Shown piece after piece: positions 58,564 through 64,000 of a stretch of DNA of 64,000 nucleotides. The stretch lies in NCBI GenBank assembly GCA_965217185.1, contig OZ244252.1, forward strand, positions 96,001-160,000, written 5' to 3'. This DNA comes from an uncultured Candidatus Entotheonella sp. GTDB taxonomy: Bacteria > Tectomicrobia > Entotheonellia > Entotheonellales > Entotheonellaceae. The notes beneath the pieces were generated by a model. It worked only from the letters and a program-made list of their open reading frames with translations. It had not been told where the DNA came from and made no database searches. The first letter of the stretch is position 1; every line of letters starts with the position of its first letter. Position numbers and translations under genes: made by a program.

Positions 58564-59118
58564 ATGACTCGAAACCTCATTCTGCTGCTCAGCGTTGCGT
58601 GTCTGGTCGCGGTGGCCATCCTGTCCGGCGGACACGTCCTGTCCGGCACCTCCGAGGAGGACGCATTGGCCGCCGCCGCGCGGGCCATCATGCAGACCCT
58701 GCCGCATCTCAACGGCCCGCGGGTGACGGACGCCACGTTCGACGACAAGGTGCTCATCGTCACCTTTTTTGCGAGTTGGTGTCCGCCTTGCCGGCAGGAG
58801 TTTGCGGACCTGAGCGACATCTACCGGCAATACCGCGAGTCCGGGCTGGAGGTCGTGGCCATCAACCTCTTCGAAGACTTCGACAACTTCTCCGACGACG
58901 AACGGCTGGCGACCTTTCTCGAACTGACCCAGCCGCCCTTCACCGTGGTCAGGGGCAACGACGCCATCTCGCAACAGTTCGGCACCATCCGGCGCATCCC
59001 CAGCCTGTTTGTTTTTGACCGTCAGGGCCGCCGGATCCTGACTTTCGCCCACGAGCGCGGCGCGCAGGCCACCCTCGACGCCGCGGCGCTGCGACAGGTC
59101 ATTTCGCCGTTGCTGTAG
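58564..59118 (+). CDS. TlpA-family thiol-disulfide oxidoreductase
   Basis: N-terminal TM or signal, FFASWCPPC, IPSLFVFDRQG. Confidence 0.88.
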   Translation: MTRNLILLLSVACLVAVAILSGGHVLSGTSEEDALAAAARAIMQTLPHLNGPRVTDATFDDKVLIVTFFASWCPPCRQEFADLSDIYRQYRESGLEVVAINLFEDFDNFSDDERLATFLELTQPPFTVVRGNDAISQQFGTIRRIPSLFVFDRQGRRILTFAHERGAQATLDAAALRQVISPLL

Positions 59119-59154
59119 CGGCTTCCCCACAAGCACACAAAAGGAAGATGAACT

Positions 59155-59868
59155 ATGAGTCTTGCAGGCGTGCAGGCGCTGACGTTTGACGTGTTCGGCA
59201 CGGTGGTTGATTGGCGCGGCAGCATCATTCGCGAGGGCGAGGCGTTGGGGGCAGCGCACGGCCTGGAGGTGGATTGGGCGGCGTTTGCCGATGCCTGGCG
59301 CGGTGGTTACCGGCCTTCCATGGCGCGGGTGCGCAGCGGCGAGCTGCCGTGGACGAACATCGACACTTTGCACCGCATGATCCTGGACGATCTACTTGAG
59401 AAACACGGCATCAGCGCTCTGAGCGAGGCCGACAAGCAGCACTGGAACCGCGTCTGGCACCGTCTGACGCCGTGGCCGGATTCGGTGTCGGGCCTCACCC
59501 GCCTGCGGCAGCATTACGTACTGGCGACGCTGTCGAATGGCAACGTGGCGCTGCTGACCAATATGGCCAAGCATGGCGGCCTGCCGTGGGATTGCATCCT
59601 GTCGGCGGAGATCATGCGGCATTACAAGCCGGACCCGGAGACCTACCTGGGCGCCGCCGAGTTGCTGGGTCTGCAGCCCTCGGAGGTCATGATGGTGGCG
59701 GCGCACAAGTCGGACCTGAAAGCGGCCCAGGCCGTTGGCCTGCGCGCCGCTTTCGTGACGCGCCCGCTCGAATTCGGCCCCGGTGTCGAGGTGGACGTAG
59801 AGCCGGACCCGGCTTTCGATGTCCATGCTCGTGATTTCAATGATCTCGCGGACCAGTTGGCGCGCTGA
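59155..59868 (+). CDS. Haloacid dehalogenase type II family
   Basis: FDVFGTVVDW, WHRL.PWPD, LSNGN, YKP, MVAAH..DL. Confidence 0.9.
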   Translation: MSLAGVQALTFDVFGTVVDWRGSIIREGEALGAAHGLEVDWAAFADAWRGGYRPSMARVRSGELPWTNIDTLHRMILDDLLEKHGISALSEADKQHWNRVWHRLTPWPDSVSGLTRLRQHYVLATLSNGNVALLTNMAKHGGLPWDCILSAEIMRHYKPDPETYLGAAELLGLQPSEVMMVAAHKSDLKAAQAVGLRAAFVTRPLEFGPGVEVDVEPDPAFDVHARDFNDLADQLAR

Positions 59869-59890
59869 AAGCGGTGGGAGGTGAGCATTG

Positions 59891-60709
59891 ATGCTGAGCG
59901 GGCAAATCGAAAAGATGGGGTCGCGGCTGGCGGATCCGGTGGAATACCATCTGCCCATCGGTGACGAAGAGGTAGCGCTCAATCCCTTCCTGGGCCGCCG
60001 GCTGACCTTGAGCTACGCGGGCGTCATCACCTGCATCGCCTGCGGCACCAAGACCAAGCGGAGCTTCTCGCAGGGCTATTGCTATCCGTGCTGCATACGC
60101 TTGGCGCAGTGCGACCTGTGCATCGTCAAGCCCGAGACGTGCCACTACCACTTGGGGACGTGCCGCGAGCCGGCATGGGGCGAGCAGCACTGCATGATTC
60201 CCCATTTCGTCTATCTGGCCAACGCTTCGGGGCTCAAGGTGGGTATTACCCGCACCTCGCAGGTGCCGACCCGCTGGATCGACCAAGGGGCGACGCAGGC
60301 GCTGGCGATTCTCAAGGTGCGGACGCGCCGCCAGTCCGGCCTCATGGAAGCGGCGTTGAAACAGTACGTTGCCGACAGGACGAATTGGCAGGCGATGCTC
60401 AAGGGTCAGGCGCCCGGCGTTAACCTCGCGCAGCAGCGCGACGTGCTGCTGGAACAGGTCGGCGGCGCCATGCAGGCGGTCAACGAGCAGTTCGGCGGGT
60501 CCGTCGTCGAGGTGCTGGAGCGGCAGGCGGTGGATATCGCCTACCCGGTGCTCGAATACCCTGCCAAGGTGCGCTCGTTCAACCTCGACAAGAACCCGCA
60601 GGCCGAGGGCGTTCTGCAGGGCATCAAGGGCCAGTACCTCATCTTCGATACGGGCGTCATCAACGTGCGCAAGTACACCGGTTATCACCTCACGCTTCAA
60701 GTCGATTGA
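59891..60709 (+). CDS. DUF2797 domain protein
   Basis: CIACG, SFSQGYCYPC, CDLCIVKPETCH, VYLA, KVGITR, RWIDQGA, GIKGQYL. Confidence 0.85.
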   Translation: MLSGQIEKMGSRLADPVEYHLPIGDEEVALNPFLGRRLTLSYAGVITCIACGTKTKRSFSQGYCYPCCIRLAQCDLCIVKPETCHYHLGTCREPAWGEQHCMIPHFVYLANASGLKVGITRTSQVPTRWIDQGATQALAILKVRTRRQSGLMEAALKQYVADRTNWQAMLKGQAPGVNLAQQRDVLLEQVGGAMQAVNEQFGGSVVEVLERQAVDIAYPVLEYPAKVRSFNLDKNPQAEGVLQGIKGQYLIFDTGVINVRKYTGYHLTLQVD

Positions 60710-60741
60710 CGCCACGCGCGCAGCACAACAGGGAGTGATTC

Positions 60742-61665
60742 ATGTCGGATATCGTGTTTGGAACGGCCTTGCAGACGGTGACGGACGTGGCGGCGTTTGC
60801 CCGCCGGGCCGAGGACCTCGGGTTTGATCTGTTGGGGTGCGGCGAGCACGTGATGTTTCACGGCCCGGTGGGCAATACGTTCATTTCGTTGTCGGTGGCG
60901 GCGGGCGCGACGCAGCGCATCCGGCTGCTGAGCTCGATTGTCCTGCTGCCGTTGTATCCCGCTGCTTTGGCCGCCAAACTGGGCGCCGCGCTGGACGTGG
61001 CGTCGAACGGCAGATACAACTTTGGGGTGGGCGTCGGCGGCGAGTTTCCCAAGGAGTTCGAGGCTTGCGGCGTGCCGGTCAATCAACGCGGCGCCCGCAC
61101 CAACGAGGCGCTTGAGGTCATCACCCGGCTGTGGACCGAACAGAACGTCACCTTTCATGGCCGCTTCACCACCACCAACGAGGTGACGATTTCTCCCGCG
61201 CCGGTGCAGAAGCCGCACCCGCCCATCTGGGTGGCCGGTCGCCGCGACGCCGCCATGAAACGCGCCGCGCGCTACGCCAATGGCTGGCTGCCGTACATGT
61301 ACACACCGGAACAACTGCACGACAGCATCGAGACGATCACCCGCTACCGCGGCGAATTCGGCCGCGACATGGCGGATTTCAGCCCCGGCGTGTTCATCTT
61401 TACCACGGTGCACCGCGACGGCGACAAGGCCCGCCAGATGTGCAACGACAAGCTCAGCACCCAGTACGCGCAGGACTTCACCAAGCTGGTGCCGCGTTAC
61501 GCCCTCGCCGGCACCCCGGAGGAATGCCGCAAGCGCCTGCAGGAATACATCGACGCCGGCGCCCGCACGATCATCCTGCCCGCCGCTGGCCCGGCCGATT
61601 ACAACGACGAGAACCTCGCCATGATCGCGCAGGAAGTCATCCCGGCGTTTCGTAGCGGGAATTAG
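60742..61665 (+). CDS. LLM-class flavin-dependent oxidoreductase
   Basis: GEH, ATQRIRL, LDVASNGR, PVQKPHPPIWVAG, GTPEEC. Confidence 0.9.
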   Translation: MSDIVFGTALQTVTDVAAFARRAEDLGFDLLGCGEHVMFHGPVGNTFISLSVAAGATQRIRLLSSIVLLPLYPAALAAKLGAALDVASNGRYNFGVGVGGEFPKEFEACGVPVNQRGARTNEALEVITRLWTEQNVTFHGRFTTTNEVTISPAPVQKPHPPIWVAGRRDAAMKRAARYANGWLPYMYTPEQLHDSIETITRYRGEFGRDMADFSPGVFIFTTVHRDGDKARQMCNDKLSTQYAQDFTKLVPRYALAGTPEECRKRLQEYIDAGARTIILPAAGPADYNDENLAMIAQEVIPAFRSGN

Positions 61666-61831
61666 GGACGGTTTGAGCAGGCAGGCAATCCTGCCCCGCT
61701 CGTCATACCGGGCCTGAAGGGGAAGTGCTGTATGAGCGAAATGCGGCCTGAACCCGGATATGGGCCACGGAGGCGAAGCTGGCTGCCGAACAGGTAAAAA
61801 CTGCGGTACTGCAGAGTTTGAGGAGGGCAAT

Positions 61832-62077
61832 ATGTCGAGTGAATACCAGCTACACCTTCAGATCAGGCAATTGGAAACGGGCGAGTACCTTGCGACTTCC
61901 GATGATTTGCCTGGACTTGTGGCCCAAGGCAGAACTGTGGCCGAAGCAGTGGAAATCTCCCAAGACGTGGCAAGGAAGCTCATCGAATCCTATAGGGAGC
62001 ATGGCGACCCGCTGCCCGAGAGCCTGCGCCCCTTGAATAAGTCAACCCTGGAACTGACCGTCCCCGTGGGGGCCTGA
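61832..62077 (+). CDS. hicB: HicB-family antitoxin (short form)
   Basis: AGGAGG RBS. YLATSDDLPGLVAQGRTVAEA, GDPLP. Confidence 0.88.
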   Translation: MSSEYQLHLQIRQLETGEYLATSDDLPGLVAQGRTVAEAVEISQDVARKLIESYREHGDPLPESLRPLNKSTLELTVPVGA

Positions 62078-62278
62078 TGGGCCGATTGGCAGGGTTCACC
62101 TATCGACAGGTGACTCGTAAATTGCGGCGCCTAGGATTTGTATTCGACCGGTAGGCACGCGGAAGCCATGAGATACCGAACGACTATTCCAAATCATCGA
62201 GGGAATTTACCAGAGGGCACACTTGCGGCGATTCTGCAGCAGGCAGGTATTACCGCAGAAGAATTTCTCTCAGAGTAG
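62077..62278 (+). pseudogene. hicA: HicA-family toxin with a nonsense codon and a frameshifting deletion
   Basis: MGRLAGF...LGFVFDR-TAG(62152)-ARGSHEI, then shifted frame RTTIPNH...LPEGTLAAILQQAGI..EEFL. TGATG coupling to hicB. Confidence 0.85.
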
Positions 62279-62386
62279 GAATCCAAAAATCTTACTTCGT
62301 CCGACGAATAAGAAATTTTGCCGGCCTGATGTGTCCCCAAGGATCGAAGGTCTGTTGGTCTTTATAAACCCCATAAGGAACCGCAC

Positions 62387-63535
62387 ATGGCTGAGTCGTA
62401 CGATCTGCTCCTCAAGAACGGCGATATCATCGATCCGTCGCAGGATATGCGGCGGCGCGGCGATGTCGCCTTCCGTGACGGCCGGGTGGCTGCCATCAAG
62501 GCCGATATTCCGGTTGCCGAGGCGGCCGAGGTGATCGACGTCAGAGGCCACCTGGTGACGCCAGGTCTCATGGACATCCACGGCCATTTCTATTATCGCG
62601 GCTGGCCCGGCGCGGTGGACCCGGACGTTGCCTGCCTGCCGGCGGGGGTGACCACCGCGGTGGACGCCGGCAGCACCGGGTGGGGCAACTACGCGGCCTT
62701 GCGCGACTACGTCATGCGCGATTCGCACACGCGGCTGTACGCCTTCGTGCACCTGTGCGCCACTGGTCTGACGTCGCTCACGGCGCGCGTCGGCGAGTTG
62801 CAGAACCTGGCCTTCGCGCAGACCGACCAGGCTATTCGCTGCATCGGAGACAACCCGGATCAGACGCTGGGCGTCAAGGTGCGCATCGATCACCGCGCTA
62901 CCGGCGAGGCCAACGCCCTGCCGGCCCTGCAAATGGCGCGCGAGGTGGCGGACACGACGCAATCGCAGATGATGGTGCACGTCAGCGGCACGCCCGTGCC
63001 CCTGGTGCGCCTCTTCGATTTCATGCGCGCCGGGGATGTCGCCACCCACATTCTCAACGGCCACGCGCATAACGTTCTGGACGGCAACGGACGGATTCGT
63101 GACGAGGTGCGGGAGGCTCGGGAGCGGGGGATCGTGCTGGACGTGGGGCACGCCGGGGTGCATTTCGATCTCAACGTGGCGCGCGCCGCGGTGTCGCAGG
63201 AGTTCTGGCCGGACACCCTGAGCACCGACATTCACACACCGCCGCCCGACCGCGTGGTCTACGACCTGCTCGGCGTCATGTCCACGTTTCTGGCGCTGGA
63301 GATGCCGCTGGAAGCGGTGATCGCCAGCGTCACCAGCAAGGCCGCCGTGGCCATCGGCAAGCCGGAACTGGGCAGTCTGCGGGTCGGCAGTCCCGGCGAC
63401 GCCGCGGTTCTGGAGCTTCAGGAAGGCGAGTTCAGTTTCGTGGACGCGGCGGGCAACGAGGTGTCCGCCGGTCAGCGGCTGCACGCCATGCTGACGGTCA
63501 AGGGCGGGCGCCGCTGGCGCCCGCTGGCGGCCTGA
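62387..63535 (+). CDS. Amidohydrolase/deacetylase-family metallohydrolase (dihydroorotase-like)
   Basis: PGLMDIHGH, GVTTAVDAGS, GVKVR, MVH, THI, DVGH, STDIH. Confidence 0.88.
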   Translation: MAESYDLLLKNGDIIDPSQDMRRRGDVAFRDGRVAAIKADIPVAEAAEVIDVRGHLVTPGLMDIHGHFYYRGWPGAVDPDVACLPAGVTTAVDAGSTGWGNYAALRDYVMRDSHTRLYAFVHLCATGLTSLTARVGELQNLAFAQTDQAIRCIGDNPDQTLGVKVRIDHRATGEANALPALQMAREVADTTQSQMMVHVSGTPVPLVRLFDFMRAGDVATHILNGHAHNVLDGNGRIRDEVREARERGIVLDVGHAGVHFDLNVARAAVSQEFWPDTLSTDIHTPPPDRVVYDLLGVMSTFLALEMPLEAVIASVTSKAAVAIGKPELGSLRVGSPGDAAVLELQEGEFSFVDAAGNEVSAGQRLHAMLTVKGGRRWRPLAA

Positions 63536-63548
63536 CCCGCGCCGCGTT

Positions 63549-64000
<452 letters not shown>

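Noticed and set aside
62152..62154. In-frame TAG in hicA as possible pyrrolysine or readthrough
   Set aside because: A frameshifting deletion follows about 20 nt later and the position is a non-catalytic probable Gln, so this is ordinary pseudogenisation.

Overview
GC-rich bacterial chromosomal window with about 58 CDS or pseudogenes. I saw no rRNA, tRNA, CRISPR array, integrase or transposase. The backbone is housekeeping and catabolic genes: rne, mce, archaeal-type asd, aldehyde:ferredoxin oxidoreductase, lipA, larE, xdhC, tmk, uppP, thiolase, intradiol dioxygenase, dienelactone hydrolase, a CoA-transferase-like pair and acs. Two AT-richer defence-type inserts interrupt it. Insert 1 (about 21.3-33.0 kb) holds a frameshifted GHKL-ATPase/PD-(D/E)xK nuclease, a DUF6602-like nuclease, and a type III restriction-modification operon with an ABC/AAA_21 ATPase plus PIN-domain pair nested between mod and res; that pair is the best candidate for an undescribed system. 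Insert 2 (about 42.3-47.9 kb) holds an in-frame DUF5131 (three-Cys radical-SAM-like)/TcmP-like methyltransferase fusion convergent with a single-chain type IIG-like RM gene, bracketed by a diverged direct repeat of the phzF 3' end. Also notable: a rhodanese-MoeB gene whose conserved Cys codon is an in-frame TGA followed by a SECIS-like hairpin (probable selenoprotein, split by the ORF track), a secreted six-Cys prepro-peptide, an expanded ubiquitin-like protein next to AOR, an IpdAB-like CoA-transferase pair lacking the canonical catalytic Glu, and two toxin-antitoxin loci with inactivated toxins. All family assignments come from recognising motifs by eye, with no database search, and start codons were re-chosen from RBS and family context.
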